Shown here: one piece after another, positions 36,863 through 48,544 of the stretch | Numbering within the stretch: position 1 is the first letter of the stretch | Layout: every line of letters starts with the position of its first letter | From: Desulfobacteraceae bacterium | GTDB lineage: Bacteria > Desulfobacterota > Desulfobacteria > Desulfobacterales > Desulfosarcinaceae | NCBI GenBank assembly: GCA_050302315.1 | Contig: JBNLAV010000087.1 | Coordinates: forward strand, 1,357 to 65,356 | Reading direction: 5' to 3' | Length of the DNA: 64,000 nucleotides | Translations under genes and position numbers: made by a program | The notes under the pieces: model-generated | The model's input: the letters and a program-made list of their open reading frames with translations, nothing else | The model's database searches: none | What the model was told of the DNA's origin: nothing

Positions 36863-37411
36863 ATGAAACGTATTGCCGAGTTCATGATGGAAGCCTGTTT
36901 TTTGAAACATCTGCCGCGCAGCGGGTACCAGTATCTGGGCGCGGGTCGTGAATCGGTGGCTGAACATGTCTATGCCGCCACGATGTTTGCCTTTGTCCTG
37001 GCCCAGCTGACCCCCGATGCCGACCTGCAGCGGCTGATGACCATGTGTCTGCTCCACGACCTGCCGGAAGCACGGGTGGGCGATCTGAACTATGTGCAAA
37101 AGCGTTACGTCGAGGCAGACGAGAAAAAAGCCCTGGCCGACACCGTTGAAAATTTACCGTTCAAACAAGCCGTGGTCGCTGCGATCGAAGAGTACAACGC
37201 CGCCGAAACGCTTGAAGCGAAGCTGGCCCACGACGCCGACCAGCTCGCGCTGATCATCGATCTCAAGTCCATCAAAGATGCTGGACACCCGCCTGCCGAT
37301 ACCTGGCTCCCCCACGTACGAGAGCGCCTCAAGACCGATGTGGCCATCCAATTGGCCGAAGCGATCCTGTCCCAACCATGGGATGGCTGGTGGCGCAAAA
37401 TTTTTTGTTGA
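36863..37411 (+). CDS. HD-domain hydrolase (YfbR-like 5'-nucleotidase family)
   Basis: ATG at 36863 after AAGGAG. ESVAEHVY..LLHDLPEARVGDL..HDADQL. Confidence 0.75.
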   Translation: MKRIAEFMMEACFLKHLPRSGYQYLGAGRESVAEHVYAATMFAFVLAQLTPDADLQRLMTMCLLHDLPEARVGDLNYVQKRYVEADEKKALADTVENLPFKQAVVAAIEEYNAAETLEAKLAHDADQLALIIDLKSIKDAGHPPADTWLPHVRERLKTDVAIQLAEAILSQPWDGWWRKIFC

Positions 37412-37629
37412 CAGTAACATTGTTATACCTTAGGTCACTTTAGTTTGAGGGATAATAGTCACGCGAATACAGAGAATTTTCATTCAGTATGAATAAAGGT
37501 CTTTGTAGCGACCGATCGTCAAAACTCAATTTGTGTAACAATGATTTTTGTTTCCCGACTCGGGTCGGGGACAGGTGAATCATTCCCGGCATTGTGCCGA
37601 AAATTCTTTGGATATCTTTGGAGGAGCGT

Positions 37630-38271
37630 ATGAACTGGCTTTTCAGGACCTTAAAGTCATCGGTGGGCAAGAAACTGCTCATGTCCATCACCGGGCTTTG
37701 TTTCTGTGGCTTCCTGGCAGGACACCTGGGCGGAAACCTGACCATCTACGGCGGCAAGGAGATGTTTAACAGCTACGCCGAGCATCTGCACGGACTGGGC
37801 TTTCTTCTGACCATCGCCGAATGGGGGTTGCTCACCTTTGCCTTGATCCATGTCCTTACCGGATTGACCCTGTTTTACCAAAACTACAAGGCGCGGCCGG
37901 TGCGATACCGTGTGAACAAAAGCGGCGGCGGCCGGACCCTGGGTTCCTCCACCATGCCCTACACGGGGATCATTTTGCTGGCTTTTGTGATCTTTCACCT
38001 GGCCAATTTCCATTTTGTGGACAAGACCGACACGACCATCTACGCCATCGTCTCGGATGCATTCGGCAATCCGCTCTACGTATTGATCTATATCGCCGCC
38101 ATGGTTGTGGCGGCCGTCCACGTCAGCCATGGATTCTGGAGCGCGTTTCAAACCCTGGGTGCCAACCACCCCAAATACATGCCCCTGATACAAAAGGTGG
38201 GACTGATCTTTTCCCTTGTTGTCGGCATCGGCTTCGGTGCTCTGCCCATCTTTATCTCGATTAGCGCATAG
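37630..38271 (+). CDS. sdhC: Succinate dehydrogenase/fumarate reductase cytochrome b subunit (single-subunit b558-type anchor)
   Basis: ATG at 37630 after GGAGGAG. Five-TM protein with conserved His residues, directly upstream of the flavoprotein gene. Confidence 0.8.
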   Translation: MNWLFRTLKSSVGKKLLMSITGLCFCGFLAGHLGGNLTIYGGKEMFNSYAEHLHGLGFLLTIAEWGLLTFALIHVLTGLTLFYQNYKARPVRYRVNKSGGGRTLGSSTMPYTGIILLAFVIFHLANFHFVDKTDTTIYAIVSDAFGNPLYVLIYIAAMVVAAVHVSHGFWSAFQTLGANHPKYMPLIQKVGLIFSLVVGIGFGALPIFISISA

Positions 38272-38283
38272 AAAGGAATCGAT

Positions 38284-40193
<1,910 letters not shown>

Positions 40194-40197
<4 letters not shown>

Positions 40198-40958
40198 CGA
40201 AGACCATCAATTTAAAACTCAAAGTCTGGCGTCAATCCGGCCCCAATAAAAAAGGACGTTTTGAGACCTATAACGCCCACAACATTTCCACCGACATGTC
40301 TTTTCTGGAAATGCTGGATGTGGTCAACGAGCAATTGACGCTGGAGGGCAAAGAACCCATCGCCTTCGACCATGACTGTCGCGAAGGTATTTGCGGAATG
40401 TGCGGATGCGTGGTGAACGGGCGCGCCCACGGACCGGAGAAGGGAACCACGCTGTGCCAGCTGCACATGCGCCATTTCGACGATGGCGACGTAATCGCCA
40501 TCGAACCCTTTCGGGCCATGGCGTTCAAGATCATCAAAGACCTTGCCGTGGACCGCAGCGCCATGGACAAGGTGATCCAGGCCGGCGGTTACATCTCGGT
40601 CAATGCCGGCGGGGCGCCGGACGGTAATTCACTGCCCATCGCCCAGGAGACCGCCGAACTCTCCATGGATGCCGCCCAATGCATCGGCTGCGGCGCCTGC
40701 GTTGCGTCGTGCCCCAATGCGTCGGCCATGCTGTTCACCAGCGCCAAGGTCTCCCAGTTTGCCCTGCTGCCTCAGGGGCGGCCCGAAGCGGCCAAACGTG
40801 CCATCAACATGGTGCGCACCATGGATGCGCTTGGATTCGGCAATTGCACCAACGAACGTGAATGCGAAGCCGAGTGCCCCAAAGAGATCAATATCACCAA
40901 CATCGCGCGTCTCAACCGGGAATTCGTCAAGGCCAGCTTGGGATCGACAGTAGAATAA
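40194..40958 (+). CDS. sdhB: Succinate dehydrogenase/fumarate reductase iron-sulfur subunit
   Basis: [36 protein letters not shown] cluster motifs. Confidence 0.95.
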
Positions 40959-40977
40959 CCATCTGATTTCCTCACCG

Positions 40978-41012
40978 GGCGGTCTCCCATTCATGGGGGG
41001 CCGCCTTTTTTT
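40978..41012 (+). terminator. Rho-independent terminator after sdhB
   Basis: GGCGGTCTCCC / loop / GGGGGGCCGCC followed by TTTTTTT. Confidence 0.75.
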
Positions 41013-41053
41013 CGGCCTTATAGCCCAAATCAAGGTTGCTTAAACCGTACAGC

Positions 41054-41175
41054 GGGTGGCCCTGGTACCGCTGCAAACGGGATTGCCAAAGTTGCGAAGC
41101 AACAAGAGGTATACGCCATCCTGGTCAAACCCCTCCTGGCCTCCGGCCACCGGCAACAAGTTGCCGATGCCACCC
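41054..41175. repeat. Copy of a GC-rich hairpin repeat family (second copy at 63659-63823)
   Basis: gttgcgaagcaacaagagg (41091-41109) and cctcctggcctccggccaccggcaacaagttgccgatgccaccc (41132-41175) match gttgcgaagcgacaagagg and cctcctggccttcggccaccggcaacaagttgccggtgccaccc near 63.7-63.8 kb. The core caccggcaacaagttgccg is self-complementary. Confidence 0.75.
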
Positions 41176-41227
41176 GCGGGGCTTCATTGCATTCAGCCTA
41201 ACCTGCGACGGCTTGTTGGCGATTTAT

Positions 41228-41410
41228 TCGTACGCGTACGCGTACTCGTAAGCGTAATCGATCCCCCATGTATTCGCATCGGTGCTGATGACATTTTTAT
41301 CAGCTTGAGCCGATGCGAACAGGAAGACGTGCACCATCACGGTCGAACAGCTTGTGCCATTTCGAGTACGCGTACGAGAACCGTCCCTTCGGGACTGAGT
41401 ACGAGTAAGA
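41228..41410. repeat. Structured element flanked by inverted (CGTACG)n-type hexamer repeats
   Basis: The left run tcgtacgcgtacgcgtactcgtaagcgtaatcg and the right run ttcgagtacgcgtacgagaac..gagtacgagtaag are in inverted orientation. Internal hairpins are gcatcggtgctgat..atcagcttgagccgatgc and gtcccttcgggac. Confidence 0.6.
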
Positions 41411-41577
41411 TTCTTTTCGTTCTCCAACCAACGCCGGCAGATAATCGCTTTTTAAAGACCGGATTCTTACACACCCGCGTACATAAGGCCTCCCCTTTAT
41501 CCGGCTTCGCTAAAGTCCCCATTTTCATGGTCGATAATGGAGATAGGCACTTTTTGCTGCCGACACGGAGGCTTGGC

Positions 41578-42327
41578 ATGAGCTATAAAATATTGACGGT
41601 GGATGACAGCCGTACCATCCGCTTGATTGTGAAGAAGGCGTTTGAGCCTTACGATTGCGAACTGGCTGAAGCCGAAAATGGAAAAGAGGGTCTGGCTGCC
41701 GCCCGGGAGATGCATCCCGACCTGATCGTACTGGATATCACCATGCCGGTGATGAACGGCATCGAAATGCTCACCAAACTCAAAGCGTCCGAAGACCTGA
41801 AAGATACGCCGGTCATCATGTTGTCCGCCGAATCCGGCAAAGACCATGTCATGCAGATCGTAAAAATGGGCGTCAAGGACTATATCGTCAAACCGTTTCG
41901 TGGTGATCAGTTGATCGACAGGGCCAGCAAGGTGCTAGACCTGGTGAAAGACGGTGAAACGGCATCGACCGGCAAAAAGCTCAACCCCTCTGATTTTATC
42001 ATCGATGAAGGCGACATGGTCATCCTGACATTCCCTGCCAAGATTACACGAAGCGTCGGCGCCCAGGTCGACAGCGCCATAAAGCGCAAAATCAAGGAAA
42101 TGATCGCCTCCGATTGCAAAAGAATGATCATCGATCTGAGCAAAGTGAATGATGTCAACATGGTGGCCATCCAGGTCCTCATCGCGCTGGCCAACAATTG
42201 TATCAGCAATAAGATATCGGCTCGCATCGTTGCAGGTGACGAACAGGCGCAAGCACTCAAAGGCTTTCAGGAAACCAGCCAATACCCCACCCAGCCGTCC
42301 ATCGAGCACGCCCGAGCGGCCTTTTAG
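41578..42327 (+). CDS. Response-regulator receiver fused to a STAS (anti-sigma-antagonist-like) domain
   Basis: ATG at 41578 after GGAGG. REC: KILTVDDS..DLIVLDITMPVMNG..VIMLSAE..DYIVKPF. STAS: MVILTFPAKITRSVGAQV..RMIIDLSKVNDVNMVAIQVLIAL..ARIVAGDEQAQALKGF. The upstream 174 codons of the tracked ORF cover repeats and are rejected. Confidence 0.8.
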   Translation: MSYKILTVDDSRTIRLIVKKAFEPYDCELAEAENGKEGLAAAREMHPDLIVLDITMPVMNGIEMLTKLKASEDLKDTPVIMLSAESGKDHVMQIVKMGVKDYIVKPFRGDQLIDRASKVLDLVKDGETASTGKKLNPSDFIIDEGDMVILTFPAKITRSVGAQVDSAIKRKIKEMIASDCKRMIIDLSKVNDVNMVAIQVLIALANNCISNKISARIVAGDEQAQALKGFQETSQYPTQPSIEHARAAF

Positions 42328-42617
42328 CCTGTTTCACCTCTATCCGGACCCTGCCGCCAGGAATTTTCACGGCTTATCCGACCGGCCCCCTTTCCATGGG
42401 CAATCCGCAAAAAGGTCTAAAGTTTGACGACGAAAAGCGGATAAAAAAGGTTAGGAAAATACAGATGCGATGGTCACGCGCATCAGCGTGATGCACTGTA
42501 TTACCGGCCAAGGACAACTGAGCGATGCTCACGGGTACTGCGTCAATGCATCCTAACAGGATTGTCAAGCTCGACTCGTGATGAAGTTCAAACCAAACGG
42601 ATCCAAAGGAGTGCCGC

Positions 42618-45600
42618 ATGTCCATTCAAGACGACGAAACCTTGCAGATGTACCTTGAGGAATCGCTGGATCACCTCTCCGACATCGAAAACGATTTTTT
42701 GGCCATCGAAGAGGATGGCGCCGATATCAATGAGGACCTGGTCAACAAGGTATACCGTGCGGCGCACTCGATTAAAGGCGGTGCCGGATTCATGGGGCTA
42801 ACCAACATCAAGAACCTCACCCATGAAATGGAAAATATCCTGGGCAAGATCCGCAGCCGGGAAATGATTCCAACACCGGATATCGTCAATATTCTGCTCA
42901 ACGCATCAGATGCCCTCAAGGACCTCATGGATGACATCCTCAACAGCAATGAGGTCGATATCAGCGAGCATATTCACGCCTTGCAGGCGGTCCTCGAGGC
43001 CGGAGGCGCGACTGCGTCCCCGAAAGTACCCGATACACCGGCGGCTCCCACTGCAGCGGCTGCGCCGGTGGTCCAGGCGTCTTCTGCTGCGAACGCCGAT
43101 GGTCAATTGTCCCTCGCTCTGCCGGATGGGAGTCTGGCCATCACCGTTTCAAAGGACAATGTTCAGCCGATGTTCGATCAGGGCAAGTGCGTCTATCTCG
43201 TCAAGATGGATGTGGGCCGCGATATTCAAGCCAAAGGGAAAACCTGTCAGGGGGTGCTGGAAGAGATGGAGCAGACCGGCTCCCTCATCAGCGCCAATTT
43301 CAACCTGAAACCGTCCGGCCAACTGGATGCCGATTGGGTCCCCGATGTGCCGACCATGCTTTTCCTGTTCGCTTCCATTCTCAAACCGGATGATATCAAT
43401 GTTCTGTTTGAAATACCGATGGATCAGATCCTGCACCTCAGAGAAGACTGCGCGCTCTACAATCTTAACGGATCGCCCATGGGAAGCGGCGGCGAAAAGG
43501 CAGCGCCGCCACAGCAAGACACAGCGCAGCAAACCGCAACGGCGCCAGTTGCCGACGCCCCGGAAGAGCAACCGGCGGAACCCGTCCCTCAAGAAGTCGA
43601 GGCGCCGGATCCCGATCCTGTTGCGGAGATGACGCCTGATCCTGTCCAGGAAGACTCCCTTGCGACACAGAATGAGAAAAACAAACCGCAGAAGAAGCAG
43701 GCCAAGGTCGAACACGAAACCAGCTTGCGCGTGCATGTGAGCCTTCTGGATCAACTGATGACGTTGGCCGGTGAACTTGTCCTGAGCCGCAATCAATTGC
43801 TCCAGTCCATCACCTCCGGTGACCAGCGCGGGTCGGAGATTGCCGGACAGCGCATCGATCTTATCACCTCGGAGCTCCAGGAAGCGATCATGCTCACCCG
43901 CATGCAATCCATCGGAAACGTCTTTAACAAATTTCCCCGGGTGGTTCGGGATCTGGCCCAGAGCCTTGGCAAGCAAATCGAGCTGACCCTGGAAGGCAAA
44001 GACGTCGAACTGGATAAGACCATCATCGAGGCCATTGGGGATCCCCTCACCCACCTGGTTCGCAACTCGGTGGACCACGGTATTGAGCCGCCATCGGTGA
44101 GACAGCAGAACGGAAAAAGTCCCACCGGGCAGATCTATCTCAAGGCCTACCATGAAGCCGGACAGGTCAATATTGAAATCGCCGATGACGGTAAAGGACT
44201 GGATGGCGATAAGCTGGCGGCCAAAGCGATTCAAAAGGGATTGATTTCCGAAGATCAGGCCAAGTTGATGTCGGCCAGGGAGAAGACCAACCTGATCTTT
44301 CTGCCCGGTTTTTCCACAGCGGAAAAGATTACGGATGTCTCCGGTCGAGGCGTCGGAATGGATGTGGTGAAAACCAATCTCGATCAACTGGGCGGTATCA
44401 TCGATATCGACTCCGAACCGGGAAAAGGAACCACCATCCGCATCAAGCTGCCGCTGACCCTTGCCATCATTCCATGCCAGATCGTCCTGACCGGAGGCGA
44501 GCGCTATGCCATACCCCAGGTCAACCTGGAAGAGTTGTTGCGCATCCCGGCGGATCAGGTCCAGCATCGCATCGAAAGAGTGGGCGATGCCGATGTGGTC
44601 AGGCTGCGCGGAAATCTGCTGCCTTTGATCCGTCTGTCCGATGTCATTGGTGTCGAGCCGCAGTACATCGATCTCAAAACAGGAAAATCCCACCCCGACC
44701 GCCGCAAATCCCTTGCGGACCGTCGATCGAAGAAGAGCCCGCTTTTCGGCGAACAAGGGGAGGCATCGGCCGACACGGCGGAAGCCGCCGCGGAAGAACA
44801 TGCACCCCGCCAGACCCGGGAGCGACGCTTCCATGCCAGCAGCGCATTGAATGTGGTCGTGGTCTCCACAGGCGCCATGAAATACGGCCTGGTGGTGGAT
44901 GAGCTCAACGACTCGGAAGAAATCGTGGTCAAACCCCTGGGCCGCGATCTCAAGAAATGCAAAGGCTACGCCGGCGCAACCATCATGGGAGACGGCCGGG
45001 TGGCATTGATCCTGGATGTCTCCAATATCGCGCAGATGGCTGGTTTAACCTCCATCGAAGGCTCTGCACGGGCCGCTGAAATCGCACGGGCCGAGCTGGA
45101 AGCCGTACGGGAGGGACAGGACAAACAGGCACTGCTGATCTTCCGCAGCGCAGAAGACGAACAATTTGCGGCGCCGCTGAACCTGGTGGAACGCATCGAG
45201 AAGATCAAGCGCACCGATGTCGAAAACCTCGGCGGCAAGCGCGTCATCAAATACCGCGGCGGCAGCCTGCCGCTGTTCAGCATCGATGAGGTGGCCATGG
45301 TGAACCCGCTGGCGGATTCGGAGAACATGCTCGTGGTGGTTTTCAATGTCGCCAAGCGCGAAGTGGGGCTGCTCGCCATGGGACCGGTGGATGCCCAGGA
45401 GGTGAAACTCGACATCGATGGCGTCACATTGCGCCAGGACGGCATCATGGGATCGGCCATCATCAACGACACCACCACCATGCTGGTGGATATCTACGAA
45501 ATCGTAAAGGCACTCAATCCGCAGTGGTTCGAAGAGCCCAAGCTTCCGGCATCCGCGGAAGGTGAAGCACCCACCATCCTTTTTGCGGAGGATTCCAGCT

Positions 45601-45944
45601 TCTTCCGCAGCCAGGTGAAGACCTCCATGGAGAAGGAGGGATTCAACATCCTCGAAGCCGAGGACGGTGTTATCGCATGGGATCTGCTGCTGGAAAATGC
45701 CGACGAGGTCGATTTGGTGGTGACCGATATCGAAATGCCAAACATGGACGGGTTCGAACTGACCCGCAAGATCAAGGGGCATGCATCCTTTTCTCACCTT
45801 CCGGTGATCGCGCTGACCACCCTGGCAGGGGAAGAGGACATCGCCAGAGGCAAGCAGGTCGGCATCGATGATTATCAGATCAAACTCGACCGTGAGAAAC
45901 TGCTGAACAGCATCCACGACTTCATGAAGGCGATTGCCGCCTGA
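42618..45944 (+). CDS. cheA: Hybrid chemotaxis histidine kinase CheA (Hpt, dimerisation, HATPase, two CheW-like domains, C-terminal receiver)
   Basis: Hpt YRAAHSIKGGAGFMGL. Kinase DPLTHLVRNSVDHGIE, DDGKGLD, GRGVGMDVV. Two CheW-like segments (IVLTGGERYAIP.. and ALLIFRSAEDEQFAAP..). REC ILFAEDSSF..LVVTDIEMPNMDGF..IALTT..DYQIKL. Confidence 0.92.
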   Translation: MSIQDDETLQMYLEESLDHLSDIENDFLAIEEDGADINEDLVNKVYRAAHSIKGGAGFMGLTNIKNLTHEMENILGKIRSREMIPTPDIVNILLNASDALKDLMDDILNSNEVDISEHIHALQAVLEAGGATASPKVPDTPAAPTAAAAPVVQASSAANADGQLSLALPDGSLAITVSKDNVQPMFDQGKCVYLVKMDVGRDIQAKGKTCQGVLEEMEQTGSLISANFNLKPSGQLDADWVPDVPTMLFLFASILKPDDINVLFEIPMDQILHLREDCALYNLNGSPMGSGGEKAAPPQQDTAQQTATAPVADAPEEQPAEPVPQEVEAPDPDPVAEMTPDPVQEDSLATQNEKNKPQKKQAKVEHETSLRVHVSLLDQLMTLAGELVLSRNQLLQSITSGDQRGSEIAGQRIDLITSELQEAIMLTRMQSIGNVFNKFPRVVRDLAQSLGKQIELTLEGKDVELDKTIIEAIGDPLTHLVRNSVDHGIEPPSVRQQNGKSPTGQIYLKAYHEAGQVNIEIADDGKGLDGDKLAAKAIQKGLISEDQAKLMSAREKTNLIFLPGFSTAEKITDVSGRGVGMDVVKTNLDQLGGIIDIDSEPGKGTTIRIKLPLTLAIIPCQIVLTGGERYAIPQVNLEELLRIPADQVQHRIERVGDADVVRLRGNLLPLIRLSDVIGVEPQYIDLKTGKSHPDRRKSLADRRSKKSPLFGEQGEASADTAEAAAEEHAPRQTRERRFHASSALNVVVVSTGAMKYGLVVDELNDSEEIVVKPLGRDLKKCKGYAGATIMGDGRVALILDVSNIAQMAGLTSIEGSARAAEIARAELEAVREGQDKQALLIFRSAEDEQFAAPLNLVERIEKIKRTDVENLGGKRVIKYRGGSLPLFSIDEVAMVNPLADSENMLVVVFNVAKREVGLLAMGPVDAQEVKLDIDGVTLRQDGIMGSAIINDTTTMLVDIYEIVKALNPQWFEEPKLPASAEGEAPTILFAEDSSFFRSQVKTSMEKEGFNILEAEDGVIAWDLLLENADEVDLVVTDIEMPNMDGFELTRKIKGHASFSHLPVIALTTLAGEEDIARGKQVGIDDYQIKLDREKLLNSIHDFMKAIAA

Positions 45945-46008
45945 TCAACGGATGGTGTTGACGGCATCCTTCCATGCATCAATGCAGGACAGAAAGGACA
46001 TCATATAA

Positions 46009-46458
46009 ATGAGCGCAGCGACGGAACAAATTCAATCGGTGGAACTTGCGACCTTCTATGTGGGAGAGGCGCTTTGCGGAATGGACATTCTCAATGTGCA
46101 GGAAATCAACAAGCTGATGGACATGACCAAAGTTCCGCAATCCCCCGAATATGTCACCGGTATATTGAACCTTCGCGGCCAGATCGTTACGGTGATTGAC
46201 CTGGGAAAAAAACTGGGATTGACCTCAACGGATCTGAACGATGCCACGCGCAATATCATCGTCAATGCCGAAAACGAGTATATCGGATTGCTGGTATCGC
46301 GCATCAGCGATGTGGTGGAAGCCAAATGGGATAAGGTCGAAGAGCCCCCGGCAAACATCGGAGGGGTTCAAGGAGCTTATTTTAAAGGCGTTTTTAAAAC
46401 CAAGAACCGGCTCATCGGCATCCTCGATGTAACCAAAGTCCTAGCGGAAGAGAATTAA
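46009..46458 (+). CDS. cheW: Chemotaxis coupling protein CheW
   Basis: LATFYVGEALCGMDILNVQEI..VTGILNLRGQIVTVIDL..IGLLVSRISDV. Confidence 0.92.
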   Translation: MSAATEQIQSVELATFYVGEALCGMDILNVQEINKLMDMTKVPQSPEYVTGILNLRGQIVTVIDLGKKLGLTSTDLNDATRNIIVNAENEYIGLLVSRISDVVEAKWDKVEEPPANIGGVQGAYFKGVFKTKNRLIGILDVTKVLAEEN

Positions 46459-46461
46459 TCC

Positions 46462-47583
46462 ATGAGCCTGCCCCCCCCGCTCCGCGTGCTGGTGGTCGAT
46501 GATACGGTGGTCTACCGAAAGATCGTCAGCGACGTGCTGGCCGAGATTCCCGGTGTCGAAGTTGTGGGTTCCGCCCACAACGGCAAGGCCGCGCTTCTGA
46601 AAATCCGGACGCTGCGCCCCAACCTGCTCACCCTTGACATCGAAATGCCGGAAATGAACGGCTTGGAGCTGCTCGAACACATGCGCACCGAGGCGCCGGA
46701 CGTGGGCGCGGTTATGCTGAGCACGCTGACCCATGAAGGCGGCGCCATGACCATGCGGGCCCTTGAGTTGGGCGCGTTCGATTTCATTCCCAAACCGCAA
46801 TCCGGCACCATGGACAGCAACAAATCTGCGGTCACGGATGCCTTGAAGCCCATATTGAAAGCATTCCAGCGCAGCCGCTGCATTCGCAGCGTTTTGCGCA
46901 GTCATAAGGCGCCTGTGCCGAACAAGAAGGTCGCACCGGTGCCGCGTAAACCATTCGTTGCCGGCAAAACAGCGCATAAACATACCGGTTCGTCGTCCAT
47001 CGTCGGCATCGGTATCTCCACAGGCGGCCCCAATGCGCTGGCCCATGCCCTGCCCCAGCTGCCGGCGGATATCGGGGTTCCGGTGGTTATCGTACAGCAC
47101 ATGCCGGCCATGTTTACCCAGTCCCTTGCCAGAAGCCTGGACAGCAAATGCGCCCTGGAAGTTCATGAAGCCGTTAATGGTGAGCCATTGAAGCCGAACA
47201 CGGTCTACATCGCACCCGGCGGAAAACAGATGAAAATTGTGGCCGGCGCGGACGGTCGTCAACGGGTGATCAAGATTACCGACGATCCGCCTGAAAACAG
47301 CTGCAAACCGTCTGTCGATTATCTCTTCCGGTCCATCGCCGAACTTTACGTGGGAAGGGCCACAGGGGTCATCATGACAGGCATGGGTTCTGACGGTACG
47401 TCCGGCCTGATGCAGATGAAAAACAGCGGCGCGTTCATCATTGCCCAAAATGAGGAGACCTGCGTTGTCTTCGGCATGCCCAAAGAACCGATTGATAAAG
47501 GAATCGTCGACAAGGTTGTGCCGTTGAGCCAGATTTCCAAAGCGATCGTCACCACGCTCTCCAACAAAGGAGTCAGGCGATAG
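46462..47583 (+). CDS. cheB: Protein-glutamate methylesterase/response regulator CheB
   Basis: REC LRVLVVDD..LLTLDIEMPEMNG. Esterase GISTGGPNAL..VQHMP..GMGSDG. Confidence 0.93.
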   Translation: MSLPPPLRVLVVDDTVVYRKIVSDVLAEIPGVEVVGSAHNGKAALLKIRTLRPNLLTLDIEMPEMNGLELLEHMRTEAPDVGAVMLSTLTHEGGAMTMRALELGAFDFIPKPQSGTMDSNKSAVTDALKPILKAFQRSRCIRSVLRSHKAPVPNKKVAPVPRKPFVAGKTAHKHTGSSSIVGIGISTGGPNALAHALPQLPADIGVPVVIVQHMPAMFTQSLARSLDSKCALEVHEAVNGEPLKPNTVYIAPGGKQMKIVAGADGRQRVIKITDDPPENSCKPSVDYLFRSIAELYVGRATGVIMTGMGSDGTSGLMQMKNSGAFIIAQNEETCVVFGMPKEPIDKGIVDKVVPLSQISKAIVTTLSNKGVRR

Positions 47584-48503
47584 TGAACACGCCGGGATCA
47601 GCAATAAACAAGATGAGCTCTCCCCAGGCAAACAAGGCTGGCGCTACCGGTGCGCTGGCGGTGGGGTTGGCCAAGACCATCAAGATAAAACCCGATGAAA
47701 TTCAGCTCATCTCCAAATATATCTATAGCATATCCGGCATTCACATCGAAGCATCCAAAGCGTATCTTCTGGAAACGCGCCTGGGGAGGCTTCTGGAAGC
47801 CGAAGACTGTGCTTCCTATGGAGAGTTCTATCACAAAGCCAAGGCAGATGGCACCAGATCCCTGGAGAAGAAGATCGTCGATGCCATCACTACCAATGAG
47901 ACCCTCTTTTTCAGAGACAGCAATCCCTTTGAACTGTTGAAGCATAAGATCCTGCCGGAGGTCATCGACAAGCACGCCGGCAAACCCAATGCCCCGCCGG
48001 TCCGCATATGGAGTGCCGCCTGTTCGACCGGCCAGGAGGTCTACAGCATCGCCATCGTCCTCAAAGAACTGCTCGGCAACCTGCCGGTCAAATTCAAATT
48101 GACGGGCACCGACCTTTCCGATGCCGCAATCAAACAAGCCAGTTATGGATCTTACAATAAATTCGAGATTGAGCGCGGACTTCCGCGGGAACGTCTCCAA
48201 CAGTATTTCACGCCGGACGGCGCCAACTGGAAGATCAAGGATCAAATCCGGGCCATGGCCTCTTTCAGAAAATTCAACCTGATGCACCCATTCGCCGGCC
48301 TGGGAAAGTTTGATATTATTTTTTGTCGGAATGTCGCCATCTATTTCACCCTTGAGGATCGCAAAAAGTTATTCTCCAAAATCGCTGAGGTTTTGGAGCC
48401 GGATGGCTTTCTGATCATTGGTGCAACTGAATCGCTCACCGGGGTATGCCCGCGATTCGTTCCCAAAAGGCATTTAAAGTCAATTTTCTACCAATTGCGG
48501 TAG
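47583..48503 (+). CDS. cheR: Chemotaxis protein methyltransferase CheR
   Basis: TTNETLFFRD, IWSAACSTGQEVYSIAI, DIIFCRNVAIYF. GTG at 47583 overlaps the cheB stop. An alternative ATG lies at 47613. Confidence 0.9.
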   Translation: MNTPGSAINKMSSPQANKAGATGALAVGLAKTIKIKPDEIQLISKYIYSISGIHIEASKAYLLETRLGRLLEAEDCASYGEFYHKAKADGTRSLEKKIVDAITTNETLFFRDSNPFELLKHKILPEVIDKHAGKPNAPPVRIWSAACSTGQEVYSIAIVLKELLGNLPVKFKLTGTDLSDAAIKQASYGSYNKFEIERGLPRERLQQYFTPDGANWKIKDQIRAMASFRKFNLMHPFAGLGKFDIIFCRNVAIYFTLEDRKKLFSKIAEVLEPDGFLIIGATESLTGVCPRFVPKRHLKSIFYQLR

Positions 48504-48544
48504 GACCGAAACACCGCCGACATTGGTATCATGGAGGTTAATCA

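Noticed and set aside
41056-41577. The N-terminal 174 codons of tracked ORF 41056-42327, which would make a 423-aa protein.
   Set aside because: This part is made of the dispersed GC hairpin repeat and hexamer arrays and has no start context. A good GGAGG-ATG at 41578 begins a complete receiver domain.
43149-44834. Very long antisense ORFs, for example 43149-44834 minus (561 aa) opposite cheA, 60499-62298 minus (599 aa) opposite groEL, 6958-8583 minus opposite the SBP gene, 16712-17974 plus opposite the ABC ATPase and 51824-53590 plus opposite recR/ybaB/dnaX.
   Set aside because: Each lies opposite a gene with unmistakable family motifs. Their translations are Arg/Gly/His/Asp-rich with no motifs. 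This is the usual shadow-ORF effect in ~60% GC DNA.
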